Shown here: piece after piece, positions 24,618-38,844 of the stretch
Layout of the letters: each line of letters opens with the position of its first letter
How positions within the stretch are numbered: the first letter of the stretch is position 1
Source: Eledone cirrhosa
Lineage: Eukaryota
Reading direction: 5' to 3'
Assembly (NCBI GenBank): GCA_964016885.1
Contig: OZ024750.1
Coordinates: 25,110,001-25,174,000, forward strand
Length of the DNA: 64,000 nucleotides
Position numbers and translations under genes: made by a program
Notes under the pieces: model-generated
Seen by the model: only the letters and a program-made list of their open reading frames with translations
Told to the model about the DNA's origin: nothing
Database searches by the model: none

Positions 24618-25059
24618 TATATATATATATGTGTATATATATGTATGTATATATATATATGTATGTATGTATGTATATGTATGTATGTATATATGTATGT
24701 ATGTATGTATGTGTATGTATGTATGTATGTATGTATGTATATGTATGTATGTATATATGTATGTATATGTATGTATGTATATGTATGTATATATGTGTGT
24801 GTATAACATTTTCTTTTAACAACATTACTACTTTCAATTTTATACAATACTATTTTATACATATATATATAGTTAGTTAGTTTATTCTTAGATAATGCTA
24901 CAAAACATATTGACAAGACTAATTGGCAAATGACACTGCACTGTCTCCCCCTCCCCCACCACCATTCTTAAGATACTTCTGCACAACTACTACAACCCTA
25001 CTTAAATCACCTAGAAACATGGCTCCACAACAACAACACCAACAACAACAATAATGATA

Positions 25060-25241
25060 ATTGTTTCTACTTTTGGCACAAGGCCAGCAATTATCCAGTG
25101 TATTACTGGTACTTTATTTTATCGACCCCCGTAAGGATGAAAGGCAAAGTTAACCTCGGCGGGATTTGAACTCAGAATGGCAAGGGCCGTAACTCTATGC
25201 ATCAAAGTATGGCGTGAGACCCTCTACCGATACTGCCAATC
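25060..25241 (-). mobile_element. Meta-like SINE
   Basis: Reverse complement of the family consensus. Confidence 0.8.
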
Positions 25242-25832
25242 GAATAATAATGATAAAAACTCAGCAGACCTTAAATCTACTGTCTCTTTTCTTATCAGCA
25301 ACACCAGAGAAATTAAAGTGAAAACAAACCATCACACTCAGCAACATAAACATATTACACATACACAAGACAAAAATACTAACATTTACATGTAAATTTT
25401 CTCCAAATATTTTACAACATTCATAGAAGACATGGTAAAGAAAACAAAGCAACAAACAATTAAAAGTATTGTTACATTTTGCCAAGAAAAACAGAAAACA
25501 GAAGATTGGTATATAAACAATAGATTAGAACCTTCATGGATTATACTTCAATAAACTAGAGTAAACACATAACTGCAGATTACACACTATAGAAGCTTGT
25601 ACATAGACCATAGCAACACGCCACTCACACATACCACTCACACCTTCACACTGAAACAATAGATTAGAACCATCATTGATTATACTTCAATAAATTAGAG
25701 TAAACACATAACAGCAGCTTGTGCACCAGTTATAACAATACACTACACACACCACCCACACCTTCATACTGAAACAAAAAATATGAAAAATAAAAGACCA
25801 TCTGGACATGTAGGAAGATTTTGGAACCCAGA

Positions 25833-26125
25833 TATCATCATCATCATCATACATCCACTTTTCCCTGCTTGCAAAGGTCCTCTTTAGCGCAGCATCTCTC
25901 CATTTGTCACGGTCCTTCGTTATCTCCTCTGTGAGCTTCAGTGATCTGAGGTCAGCTCTCGCCACCTCCGCCCATGTCTTCCGTGGTCTTCCCCTACTGC
26001 ATCTTTCTTCCACTGGAATCACTTGGCACTGCTTCACCCAGCAGTCATCATCCATGCACATCACATGGCCATACCAACAAAGTCTTCTCTCCTGCACACT
26101 ACAGTTTATTCCTCTCAACTTATCC
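25833..26125 (-). pseudogene. RTE 3' fragment of another subfamily
   Basis: LRGINCSVQERRLCWYGHVM...RGRPRKTW followed by a (gat)n tail. Confidence 0.8.
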
Positions 26126-27044
26126 ATGCTTGGTCTTTCACAAGTGATAAATATGTGGTACATATTATCATTTAGATATGCATACTAAATTACTTTGAGA
26201 AACCTACTAAAACATAATCAGAAGATATAGAAGATCTGTTTGCTAGGTGGGAATAGATGATGATAAAATAAAAAAGTCTTTTAGTGTAGCTGGTACAGAT
26301 AAAAATCAGTTTTAACAGAATTTTATTGTATTTTGAAGTTGGATGAATAAAAAGGAAAAAAAAAAAGAAGAGCATTTGAAATGATCGAATTTTTTTTCAC
26401 CTTGATGAAATGAAAATCAAGGTAAAACAGTTCAAATGTTCGATGAAAATCAGTGTTAAGAAAGAAAAACTAAAACTAAAACAGACTTTATTTTGTGATG
26501 AATGTTGTAGAGTAAGGGTTAAAGCTCTCAATGAACTGAACCTATTATCTACTTTCAATTGTTAGTTTTCCTTAGGTAATGTTGCAGCTTCCCCCCCCCC
26601 CCCCCCGCTTCTATTAATGCATTACTGTGTACTTGCAAAGTTAATCAATAATAAGGTGTGTTTAAAATTATTTTTCATTGTAGTTAAAAAAAAAAAAAAT
26701 GTACATCTTTCTGTAGAAGCTCGCTGTATGATATGTAATAAAACCATGGTGCTGTGATATTAAATGTATTTTAGAAGAATCAAAGAGAGTTAGTTGATTG
26801 GATGTTTGGATTTCAAAAGAAAGATTTAACTTAGGATTAAATACATTCTTGTTGAGAAAGAATTGAGGTTGAAAGGTTAAATGTTGAAAATAAATTAAGG
26901 GTTGTGGTAGAAGAACCATCTTTGTTTGAAGTTCTTGGTTGGTTATAAGAAAGATATCAGAAAAATAGACAAAGAAACACATAAGTGGTAGAATGGCAGA
27001 TATTTTACAGCCATTTTTAAAATCATAAACTTGGTGTCTCTTGT

Positions 27045-27355
27045 TTTACTTTCTCTTTCCTCCTTCTCTCTCATTTTCTCTCTCTCTCTATTTCTCTTTC
27101 TCTCTCTCTCCTCTCTCTCTCTCTCTATCTATCTTTCTTCTCTCACTTTTTTGCTTCTCTCTTTCTTTCTTCTCTCTCTCTCTCTCTTCTCTCTTCTCTC
27201 TTTCTCCCCCCTCTATCTTCTCCCCCCTCTCTCTCTGCTCTAACTCCACCAACATTCCCCACCCTCACTTCAGTTTTACTCTCTGTCCTCACCTCTCTTC
27301 TATCTATTCTTCCTCTCTCTTTACTTTCTTCTGTCCATCTATTTCTCCCTCTCCA
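27045..27355. repeat. CT-rich low-complexity tract
   Basis: Direct observation. Confidence 0.85.
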
Positions 27356-27719
27356 GTCCTCATGAATAGTTCTATCTCATTATGCAACCAGTGGAATTCT
27401 AAGAATTACAGTTATTTCAGTAATCTATGAAATGTAGACACACTACTGGGACTGTTGTCAGTCTTTCTATTTTCTAAGTTAAAAATACTTATCATTGGAG
27501 TAGAAGCCACAAAACGACATATACTAACACACTCACACAAACTCACACACACACGTGTGTATATATATAAATCAGTGTTCTATTTTAATTGAAGCCTCAT
27601 CTCGTGTTACACAAGGTACATACATCATCAGTGATGTTATCTGGGACCATTAAGTATTTGGTGCCTTTCAGATTCAAGCACTCCTAGGTAACAAGCTCCA
27701 GTTTGCATCCATGTATTGC

Positions 27720-27980
27720 TGCCCCATCTGTGCTTCACCTCTCCTGAGCTACAGCCCTGCTTTCCTGAAGCACCTTCTACTACCCTGCAGGTTACTGTGC
27801 CATCTGTGGCTCACCTCCCCTGACCTACAGTCCCCCTGTTCACTGAAGCATCTTCTACTACCCTCCTTGTTATTGTCCCATCTGTGGCTCAGCTCCCCTA
27901 AGTTACACCCCCCGTTCACTGAAGCACCTTCTACTACCCTGCTGGTTACTGTCCCATCTGTGGATCACCTCTCCTGACCC
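27720..27980. repeat. ~75-bp degenerate tandem repeat (ctgaagcaccttctactaccct...catctgtggctca)
   Basis: About 3 imperfect units. Confidence 0.7.
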
Positions 27981-29188
27981 CTTATTTCCTCCTCAAGATC
28001 CTTCATGATTCACCTAGCCTCCAGGATGGATGTTGTCACAATCAGTTTCTCCTCAAGGCCCTAATTGGACTCTGCACGTGCTCAGTTGTCCACTTCACTA
28101 CAACATATTTCACAAATATGTTCATACTGAACACAAAATGGATCACTGTTTGATTAGTTGAATAACTCCTCAGTCAAATTAATTTTATTTATTTTATTCA
28201 CATTAATATTTTCTATGATACACAAGAGAATTTAGCTTAAACCTAAAACAAAATTGTTTTAAAAATTGCTGACTAGGTAGTATGATTTTTTTTTATGTTT
28301 CTTTCAAATTCAGTTTCTAGTTCAAATTCCTTAATCTTTTTCTATTTTGTCTTGAAGTATTAGTAAATAAAAGGCTGTGTGAATTGTGAATGTTATGATT
28401 CATTCTAGAAATTTATCATGTTTGGTATCTTGCCACCCCTGATGCAATCTAAGGGTGGGTACTTAATATTGGCACTGGTTTTATATCTAAACCAAGCAGC
28501 AATCCACATCTGAGTAGATTTCAGTTTGGTAAAAATCCTGAATATTGAAATTAGATATTCTGTGTTATACTTCATAAATTAACAGACATTATTTCTTACT
28601 TTTGGTCATACTTTTCTTCTCATAAAAATGAATTCCAATTTTTAACAAACATTTTATTATGAAGACATTCTTTTCTTTCATAATTTCATAAATTTACATC
28701 CTGATACTTCTTCCCCCTATTCTTTTATTAACTCTTGTAAACATTGCAATGAAAAATGTATACGTTTCCACATAAACATTTGTACTTTTGTCTTACTGAC
28801 AAGTTAAAACTACTTTGGTAGTATATCATATTTAATTTATTTCGTCTTTAAAAGATTTTTTTGTGGTGGGGAAGGGATTACATATTTGTGCCCCCCCCCC
28901 CCCCCCAACACCACACCTCTTTCGCACAATTTATGTACTGTTTTAGTATTTAATTTTGTTTTTCAAGGAAGCAAATGATTTAAGTGACCTTCTGAATAGT
29001 TACTCACTTGACCAGCTTAATCAATTTAACAACAAAATTTCATTTCTCTGAAGAAACTCTTTTAGGAACGGACTCAGTTGTTTTAAACTCTAGAATTTAG
29101 GATGATATTCTCTCTATAGATTGGTTACCCATAACAACCACACTGGCCATAAAATGGTATTTAGCATGGTATTATCTCTCTATAGATT

Positions 29189-29378
29189 GGCGGTGAATTG
29201 GCAGTATCGGTAGAGGGTCGGACGCCATGCTTTGATGCATAGAGTTACGGCCCTTGCCATTCTGAGTTCAAATCCCGTCGAGGTTAACTTTGCCTTTCAT
29301 CCTTACGGGGTCGATAAAATAAAGTACCAGTGATACACTGGGAAATTGCTGGCCTTGTGCCAAAGGTAGAAACAATTA
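29189..29378 (+). mobile_element. Full-length Meta-like SINE with probable target site duplication
   Basis: A/B boxes and family body. ttatctctctatagattgg occurs on both sides. Confidence 0.85.
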
Positions 29379-29424
29379 TCTCTCTATAGATTGGTTACCC
29401 ATAACAATTACACTGACTATGGTG

Positions 29425-29474
<50 letters not shown>

Positions 29475-29579
29475 CTATATATATATATATATATATAATA
29501 GAGAGAGAGAGATAACTATATATATAGCACTGTGTATGTATGTATACACACACACACACAGTGGTATATATAGTTATAT

Positions 29580-29783
29580 AACGAAGGAAGTGTGGTAAGG
29601 GACCATGTGGACCATATCACACCAGAGTACTCAATACTTAGGGTAGTAGAGTGGGTAATAGGAAAAGGTTCAGGACCCCGACAGCAGAGCTCAAGCAGTT
29701 TCGATTAAATTCTGGAATTTAGTCCAGAAATAGCCGTTGAAATGACTTGAGCTCTGCCGTCGGGGTCCTGAACCTTTTCCTAT
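29580..29783 (-). mobile_element. (TA)n-flanked tail+hairpin element (family D, copy 1)
   Basis: Homologous to 55605-55775 and 63162-63360. Hairpin at 29658-29783. Strand inferred by analogy with 19114. Confidence 0.7.
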
Positions 29784-29936
29784 ATATATATATAGTTCTA
29801 TATATATATATAGTGCTATATTTGAGTCAAACTCACATGCCACAACACAGGTTGCCTTTGGTAATTTTATTGTCTCAAAGTTACTGAAAACAACTGACCC
29901 TGTTTTCAGGTTACTTATTCTATAGTAAAATAGTTC

Positions 29937-31770
29937 CAAGGAGATGCCCTAGATAGGAGTAACTATAGAGGCATTAAATTAATTGACCAGGTCATGAAGG
30001 TCACAGAAAAAGTAATAGCGCAACTAATCAGAGAGAGAATTGATCTAGATGAAATGCAGTTCGGGTTTGTGTCAGGTAAAAGTACCACAGACGCTCTTTT
30101 CATTGTATGACAACTACAGGAGAAGTACCTAGCTAAAAGTAAACCCCTATACTTAGCTTTTGTCGACTTGGAGAAAGCCTTTGACAGAGTCCCCCGTTCC
30201 ATTATCTGGTGGGCTCTTAGAAAACTAGGTATTGATGAATGGCTTGTGAGAGCTATACAAGCCATGTATAAAGAAACAGTCAGCAAGGTTAGAATTAACA
30301 ACGAATATAGTGAAGTGTTTAGCGTAAAAGTTGGTGTTCATCAGGGCTCCGTTCTTAGCCCCCTACTATTTATTATTGCCCTTCAGGCTATAACAGTGGA
30401 GTTCAAGACCGGCTGCCCATGGGAACTCCTATACGCAGATGATCTAACGCTCATAGCTGAATCAATGGCCGAACTAGAGAAGAAATTCCAAACATGGAAG
30501 CACGGCCTAGAATCAAAAGGCCTTAAAATTAACCTGTCTAAGACTAAAGTTCTAGTTTGTAGGAAGGAAAATAGGGCACCGGTCCCATCCGGGAAATGGC
30601 CATACTCAGTGTGTAAGAAAGGAGTAGGTAGAAACTCCATTTTATGTCCCAAATGCAAAGTATGGGTGCATAAAAGATGTAGTGGGATCACAGGTAGGCT
30701 AACTAAGAACATAGATTTTATATGTGGCCGGTGCTCTGGTGCAATAGGTAGCAGCAAGTGCCCACAGAATACTAGCTCATTCCATTGCACAGATGGTTCT
30801 ATAGAAATAGTGGACAGCTTCCGTTACCTGGGTGACAAAATCAGCAGTGGGGGAGGGTGCTCTGAAAGTACAGTAGCTAGAGTCAGAACTGGAGGGAAAA
30901 AGTTCAGAGAGCTTATACCACTATTAGCCGCTAAAGGGTTCTCCCTAAAAATGAAAGGCAGGCTGTATGATGCCTGCATACGAACAGCAATGTTGCATGG
31001 CAGTGAGACCTGGGCATTGTGTGCAGAGGATATACGCAGACTGGAGAGGAACGAAGCTTGCATGTTCAGCTGGATGTGTAATAGTAATATACGTGAACGG
31101 CAAAGCATAAACGAACTAAGGGAAAAATTAGAAATAAGAGGGATCAGATGTTGTTTACTCGAGAGAAGACTACGTTGGTATGGTCACGTGATGCGCATGA
31201 AAGACGACAGCTGTATAAAAAAGTGCAGGGCAATAAAAATAGACGGTAGCCACGGAGTAGGCAGACCCAGGAAAACCTGGGACGACTTGATAAATTCCAA
31301 CCTCACACACTTACACCTCTCCAAGACAATGTTACTGGACCGAGATCTTTGGGGCTACACAGTAATAGAGAAGACCCGCCTTACATAAGTACAAAGTGAA
31401 ACCTACTACAGTCAGTAGGCACCTCTAACAAAATACACCCCCGTCCCACTACCCCCATCCCATCCACACCACCCCTTTCAATGTAAAGTGGTACCACAAC
31501 ATCCAGTCTGAAAGAAATGAGGTCGTGTAGGTCTCACAACAAAAAAACACACAGTCCACGCTGTAATGTGGCCGTGTAGGTAACACGGTAAAAACCTCCC
31601 AGTTCCACACTGTAAATGTGGTTGGTGTTAGGAAGCTGGGGCATCCAGCCGTAGAAAACCCGCCAGACAGTCCTATACGAGCAAGCCAACCACTCTTGCC
31701 TCAAGTAGGAAAACTCCCGTCCAAACCCATGCAAGCGTGGAATATGGACGTTAAACGATGATGATGATGA
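29937..31770 (+). pseudogene. 5'-truncated RTE LINE (RT, PHD-like insert, 3' UTR, (gat)n tail)
   Basis: ORF 30168-31388 is closely similar to the 205-3324 protein. There is an upstream in-frame TGA near 30108, and the first PHD Cys is replaced by Tyr (WPYSVC). Confidence 0.9.
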
Positions 31771-32359
31771 TATATATATATATATATATAAAGTATGCAT
31801 ACATATACATATGTACATGTGTGTGTGTGTCTACGTATGTATACTTATTTTTATGTATCGGCTGTGCTAGAGTGTGAAATAAAACTCTAATTTAATTTGT
31901 CTCTGTGTGTGAAGAGGGAGAGAGGTAGATAGATAGAGAGAGAGAGAATTTGTTTAGTTTTTCATTTTCTATCTATCATACAGATTTCACATTATTTATT
32001 TTCAAAACCATTTAAAATCATGTACTTACAATATATTTCTTAGATAACTGAATTTATCTACAACACCCTGAAGTTAATTTCACCAGAAATGTACTTAATT
32101 TTACTAAGGAGCTGATATTATCTACAGAGTCTGTTATCGCCATATAATAGGTTTGATTCTATTAACTACCTCCCTTTATCTTTTCGAAGAGTTACTCTTA
32201 AAATAAATCATCCCTCATTCCTTTACTATTCTTATCTTTAATGGTATTCTTTTTTAAACTTTATTTTATTTTTTCATCGTTTAAGGCTTTAACATCTTTT
32301 TACTCTTATATTAACACCTCTAATGTAGAGATTTACAGTTGAACATTATTTCTAACACT

Positions 32360-32575
32360 TGTGGATTGGCAGTATCGGTAGAACGTCGGATACCATGCTT
32401 TGTAGCACAGAGTTACGTCCCTTTGCGTTCTGAGTTCAAATCCTGCCGAGGTTAGCTTTGCTTTTCATTCTTACAGGTTCGATAAAATAAAGTACCTGCA
32501 ATGCACTGGGGTCGATATAATTGACTTTCCCTTCCTCCCAAATTGTTGACCTTGTGCTTAAATCAGAAACCATTA
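32360..32575 (+). mobile_element. Meta-like SINE
   Basis: Family consensus. Confidence 0.8.
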
Positions 32576-33034
32576 ATTCTAATACCTGATTGGTAATACC
32601 CTGTTAAACTCTGTCAGTATTATTTCCTGTAATGCTCAAGTTTAGAAAAATTACCACATTTGATTAGGTGACAGCTTAATTGAATTCTTTTGATATTTTG
32701 TGGTTTCAACATTAACTGACATGAGCTAATTGGCTGTAATGAGTTGTTTTAATTTCTCTTTCATTCTAACATTACAATATTTCCAATCAATATATATTAA
32801 GTTAACCTTTTGTTATATGAAGTTTTGGGCTAATTCTTGTTTAGCTGATCTGGCAGTTGCCAGTTTAAAACTTAATCCTAACCAACAAATTGAAAATATT
32901 AGATGTGATGTGTTGTTGGTAATCTTATCCCAATATCTTATTGAGACTTAGTCTTAAACCCAGATAGTTTGAACCTGAAAAGCAAACTAGTTTTGAACTT
33001 AGACTAGTAAAATACTGGGCTAGTTTATCTGACA

Positions 33035-33295
33035 CTAGCAAAAGAGCCCGTTGTTGCCAGGCACATCTTTCACCACTGTCAATAAAGACCCCCCCCCCCT
33101 CATCTTCTCCTCAACGTGGCCGTCTGTAAATACCCATCAGAACTCTGTTATTTTAGGGAAAAGCAAGATTTAAACTTTGTTGACATGCTTCAGGAGCTAA
33201 ATAACCTATGTATCAAATTTGAACAAAATCGGATGGAGATTGTCTGTATGCATTCTATGCATTTCCACAGACATTTTCTTTTTTATTTACATAGA
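33035..33295 (-). mobile_element. Short non-autonomous Helitron
   Basis: Minus strand reads A|TCTATGTAAATAAA...GCCTG-gcaacaa-CGGGC hairpin...CTAG|T. This gives 5' TC, a subterminal hairpin, 3' CTAG and an A/T insertion site. Confidence 0.7.
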
Positions 33296-35084
33296 TTCTG
33301 CAGCAGAAGTTTAAGATGACTGCATCCTTATTCAGTATGTTGGAATTATATGAACATTAAGTTTATAGAAAGAGTAGGTAACTCAAATGCGAGAAATAGC
33401 TATTAAAACAGCCGACTGTTGTTAATAAATCCCAGTGGAAGGAAACTGCAGTAGAGGAAGACCTGGGTAGAGATAGTGTGAGTTGGCCTTAAATCACTGA
33501 AGCTCACAGAGGAGATGAAGGAATGCAACAAGAGAAACTGTGCTGGAAAAAAAACCTGTCCAATCCATACAAGCTTGGAAAAAACAGATGTAAATTGATG
33601 ATAATGATGATTAAGTTAAATGAATCCAAGAAATATCTATCCAGACTAGAATTTTTTTTCCATACACTGATGCTTATGTGTGTGTATGTGCATATGCATA
33701 CATTTATATGTATGAGTATATAAATATAAACGCACAAACACAGACACACTTACAAAAATTCACACTCACACACATACATTCACACACACACACATATTTA
33801 CACAAATACGCATACACTCACACATATTTACACAAATACACATACACTCACACAGTGTAGTTTTTTCACCATCCCCTTCCATCCTTTTACACACACATAT
33901 ATTCACGCAGGCAGCAGACGTAAAGAGAGAGAGGAGTAGTAAGAGGTAGTCAAACTACTCCTCTCTCTTTACCTGTTGTGACAGAATCGCAGAAATTTAT
34001 ATATAGATATGTTAACTCCATTCAAGAAGAAAAGAATGTCTTGTTGATCTGGAACTAAGTTTGAGCATCTTTCTGATTGTTCTTTAAAAGTATATAACTT
34101 CTTAACTTCCAAATATCTCTTTATCTATATTGCATTTAGAAGTTCTCAAATAGCTGTTCTCACTTATAGTGCTTACAACTTTTAAACAATTGTTATGTTT
34201 ACTTTAAGTATTGTCCTGGCTTGCAAGCATTACTAAATTCTTATATTTAGGTTGTCTTCGTTAAATCAGGAATGTTGACTAGATAAAAGTTTTGAACAAT
34301 ATCATCCTTTATCATACATTTTGTTAAATTATTTATATACAATAAAATCTGGCACACCCTGTATTCTCTCTAGGTCTACATTCCTGTATATTCATTCATG
34401 TTTTTACTTATTTTAAGATAGAGGTTATTTGAAACTTAAAATATCACCCCATTTGTCCACTTATATCTCTCCTTCCCTCCATTTTGTTGCGTGAAAAAAG
34501 AATATATTCAGATCTTTTGGCTAATTTTTGTAAGGTATGAAGGTGTAAACTTCAAAATAGTTTTAACTTGTGTTTACACTTTAGTTCGTTAAATGAAATA
34601 CATTGAACATATTTCAAAAATTATTAAACAGGTATGCTAAAAAAAGACAGCCAAACCCAGATTTGTTAATGAAAGACATTGTTCAGTGTTGATTAACCCT
34701 TGCCATACCAACCTACCACAAACCAGCTCTAGTTTTATGAAACAAAACCACTAATTTTGAAGGGGTTTTTAAATTCTAATATTCCAACATAATTTTATAT
34801 AAGAACCATATGTTAAGTTACAATCTTAGTAATAAAATAATTTCTCAAAATTCTTCAATAGCTACTAGGCCATGCATCTTCACTCTTAATTGTATTAGTA
34901 CAAAACATTGTCATCATTATCATCATTTAATGTCCGCTTTCCCTGCTAGCAAGGGTTATCTTATAATTTCTTTAGGCAGACAAATTTACATTTGCCCTTC
35001 ATCCCTCCTTCTATACATCTAAATATTTCTTGTTCAGTTGAAAGTTCTGGGTAAGATTTAAATGAAAAGCTTGTATTATTGATT

Positions 35085-36205
35085 CTACTGAGTTCAAATC
35101 TCATTTAGGTTAGCTTTGCCTTTCATCCTCACAGGGTCAATAAAATAAAGTACCACTGGGGTCAATTTAATTGACTTTCCTCTCTCCCAAAAAATTGTTA
35201 GCCTTGTGCCTAAATCAGAAATGATTATTGATATGAGTTTAAATCCTGCTGAGGTTAGCTTTGCCTTTTAATCTTACAGAGTCAATAAAATAAAGTACCA
35301 GTAATGCACTGGGGGTCAATTTAATTGACTTTTTTCTCTCCCCAAATTGTTAGCTTTGTGCCTAAATCAGAAACGATTATTGACATAACCATTCTGTTGA
35401 CTTATTCAATCTACTGACTTTGTAATAACGACTTGTTGTTTATACCCAGAGTAACACCATAGTAGAAGGACATTATTTCTATATTTAAAGTCGAGCTATC
35501 AATGGTTTATAATTACAATCCAACAACTAGTATTACTTGTAAAGTTCACTGAACATTTAGGTGGCATTATTTTGTCATCAACATTGGCATTTCAGATAAA
35601 ACTTGTATTTATGTCTGTGAAATATTTGTTTAATCTGCCATAGTTTAATTTAAAGTTCAATAATATTTCATAATAATATTATTTGTAGACTGCAAGAAAA
35701 ACAATGATGTTTACTCTTTCTTTCTTTCTGTAGTTTTTTTTTGAGGTTTTGGCACCAATAATTCTTCAGTTAATGTTAAATTGAAAGGAAATATGTCTGG
35801 TGATCAATATTTTGAGAAACTACAGAACATCAGTAGAAAATGTATTGCTGGGGATAATTTGCAAAATGTCGTTATTATTATTATTATTTGGCAGTGGTTT
35901 GGCAGTATCAGTAGAACGTCAGACACCATAGTATAGGAGTTATGGCCCTTTATGTTCTGAGTTCAAATCCCACCAGATTAACTTTGCCTTTCATCCTTAC
36001 GGAGTCAATAAAATAAAGCACCAGTAATGCACTGGGGGTAATTGCTGGCCTTGTGCCAAAAGTAGAAACATTATTATTTGGTAATATTTGTAGAGTGTCA
36101 GTTATGGCTCTTTATGTTCTGAGTTCTAAACCTGCCGAGGTTAACTTTGCCTTTCATCCTTACGGGGGTCAATAAAATAAAGCACCAGTAATGCACTGGG
36201 GTAAT
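35085..36205 (+). mobile_element. Cluster of Meta-like SINE copies (35085-35380, 35890-36205)
   Basis: Family motifs repeated four times. Confidence 0.7.
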
Positions 36206-36229
36206 TATTATTATTGTTGTTTTTATTAT

Positions 36230-36545
36230 TTTCTTGGAGTCTCAGTCATTGATGTTATTTATCTGGAAAATTTGTTCAAATGAACATCAAGCCACTACCT
36301 GCAGCCTCAGATATTCAGGATGTATTGGAGGGTTCTTGCTGTTCCCAGCAAACATGCCTTTTGAAGTGTTCCAAAAAAAGGGGGTTGGACTAATGTTCTT
36401 TAACCATCCTTGAAAACTCATCGAGATAGTACCTAATGCTCCCATGACAATTGGGACGACCTTGATCTCATGACAGTCCCAAATCCTTTTAAATTCCCAC
36501 TTTAAATCTGGTATCGGTTAATTTTCTCCTTTTCTTCTTCTTCTT
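36230..36545 (-). pseudogene. R4/Dong-like RLE C-terminal relic
   Basis: EEKEKINRY...LKWEFKRIWDCHEIKVVPIVMGALGTIS...LQKACLLGTARTL with a (taa)n tail. Confidence 0.7.
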
Positions 36546-36589
36546 CGGAGAAACCTTAATTCTACAGCTCCTATAGAATGCAAATATAA

Positions 36590-36780
36590 TGATTTCTACT
36601 ATAGGCACAAAGTCAGGGTGAGGGGAAAGTCGATTAAATCAACCCCAGGGCATTACTGGTGCTTTATTTTATCGACCCCTGTAAGGATGAAAAGCAAAGC
36701 TAATCTTGGTGGGATTTGAACTCAGACCGTAAAGGGCCGTAACCCTATGCTATGAAGCATGGTATCCGACGCTCTAAAAC
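36590..36780 (-). mobile_element. Meta-like SINE
   Basis: Reverse complement of the family consensus. Confidence 0.75.
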
Positions 36781-37111
36781 TCCTATACAATGGTAAACAT
36801 AATGGCCTATTTTTGAGATACCTTAGTTCTACAACTCCTACAGAATGTAAACATAATCGCCTATCCTTGAGATACCTTAGTTCTACAACTCCTACAGAAT
36901 GTAAACATAATAGCCTATCCTTGAAGTTGTTTAAAATTGTCAATTTGAAATATATTCTGAAATGTATAGGCACAACCCAATAATAACAGTCACAGTATTT
37001 TCATACGCCTCATATTTTACCAAGTAAAATATCCATTTGTTTGCAATCTCAGTGAATCCCTCCTACAAGTGGGAAAACAATAACGAAAGTGGAATCTCTT
37101 ATAAATAAACA

Positions 37112-37150
<39 letters not shown>

Positions 37151-37207
37151 ATATGCATATGTGTGTATGTATATATGTATATACATATATTTATATATGT
37201 GTGTATA

Positions 37208-37260
<53 letters not shown>

Positions 37261-37618
37261 TGTTGTCAACGTTTAGTGTAGGTGTGGCGCAGAAAGAAAG
37301 ATAATAGAGAATATAGAAAGTAAAGTAGTTTTGTGAGAGAAGAGCTGGACTTTACTGTTGTTAGCTGTCAGACACTGTTATCCCAGATGTCAGTTTAAAT
37401 AAATAAATATTACCGTTACATTCTTGTATACATGACAGGCTACTGTGCCTTGCTTCAACTGCTGTAGAGCTTGGGGTGGCGGAGCTGGGGGGGGGGGGTA
37501 ATGGGGAGGGACTATAACCAGTCTTGCCTCGGGTGGGTGGAATGGGGAGCAATAGGGGCAGGAGGTGAACCTTAAACATTCTAAGGATATATATATTTTA
37601 AATATTGCATCTTGGGAG

Positions 37619-37812
<194 letters not shown>

Positions 37813-38096
37813 TGTTTCTTTTCAAAAGGATCAAAAGACTAGAACAATTCTATCAAGATGTCCTGTTCCCTTTGAATGATGGTTTCAAGGTCTGTGATAG
37901 TAGAAGCAGCATAAATCTTAAATGTGCTTCAGAAAATAGGTCTAGGTTAGATTTCTTAAGTGTTTTTGAAAATCAAAAGGAAATATCTACATCAAAAGAA
38001 GTAGTGGTGACACAATAACCTTGCTAGAATGTGGCTGTTGATAGGAAAGAAGCTTATAAACATCTAATCGCAGGATACACATGAATACTGATTATT

Positions 38097-38790
38097 CAGT
38101 ATTGGTAGAGGGTCGGACATCATGCTTTGCAGTATAGAGTTACGCCCCTTTATAGTCTGAGTTCAAATCCTGCCGAGGTTAACTTTGCCTTTCATCCTTA
38201 CGAGGTCGATAAAATAAAGTACCATTTGTACTGGGTAATTTCTGGCCTTGTGCCAAAAGTAGAAGCAATTATATATAATTGTTTCTACTTTTGGCACAAG
38301 GCCAGCAATTATCCCAGAGTATTACTGGTTCTTTATTTTATCGACCCCGTACGAAACAATTATATATAATGACTGATAGTTATAAATAAAGTGTGATAAT
38401 TGAAAATAAAGTCTGATAATCTTAAATAATTGTTTCTACTTTTGGCACAAGGCCATCAATTACCCAGTGCATTACTGGTACTTTATTTTATCGACCCCGT
38501 AAGGATGAAAGGCAAAGTTAACCTCGGCGGGATTTGAATTCAGAGGTTAACTTTGTCTATGACAAATAATGAAGATAAAGGGTCGGACGTCAAAGCATGG
38601 CGTCCGACCCTCTACCGATACTGCCAATCTACCGCCCTTAATCTTAAATAATTGTTTCTACTTTAGGCACAAGGCCAGCAATTACCCAGTGCATTACTGG
38701 TACTTTATTTTATCGACCCCGTAAGGATGAAAGGCAAAGTCAACCTCGGCGGGATTTGAACTCAGATCGTAAAGGGACGTAACTATGCCT
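38097..38790. mobile_element. Meta-like SINE cluster in mixed orientation
   Basis: Plus copy at 38097-38270, minus copies at 38277-38350, 38428-38640 and 38650-38790. Confidence 0.8.
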
Positions 38791-38844
38791 GATAATTGGA
38801 GATAATAGTTTGGTAATTAAAAATTTAGTCTGATAAGTATGGGA

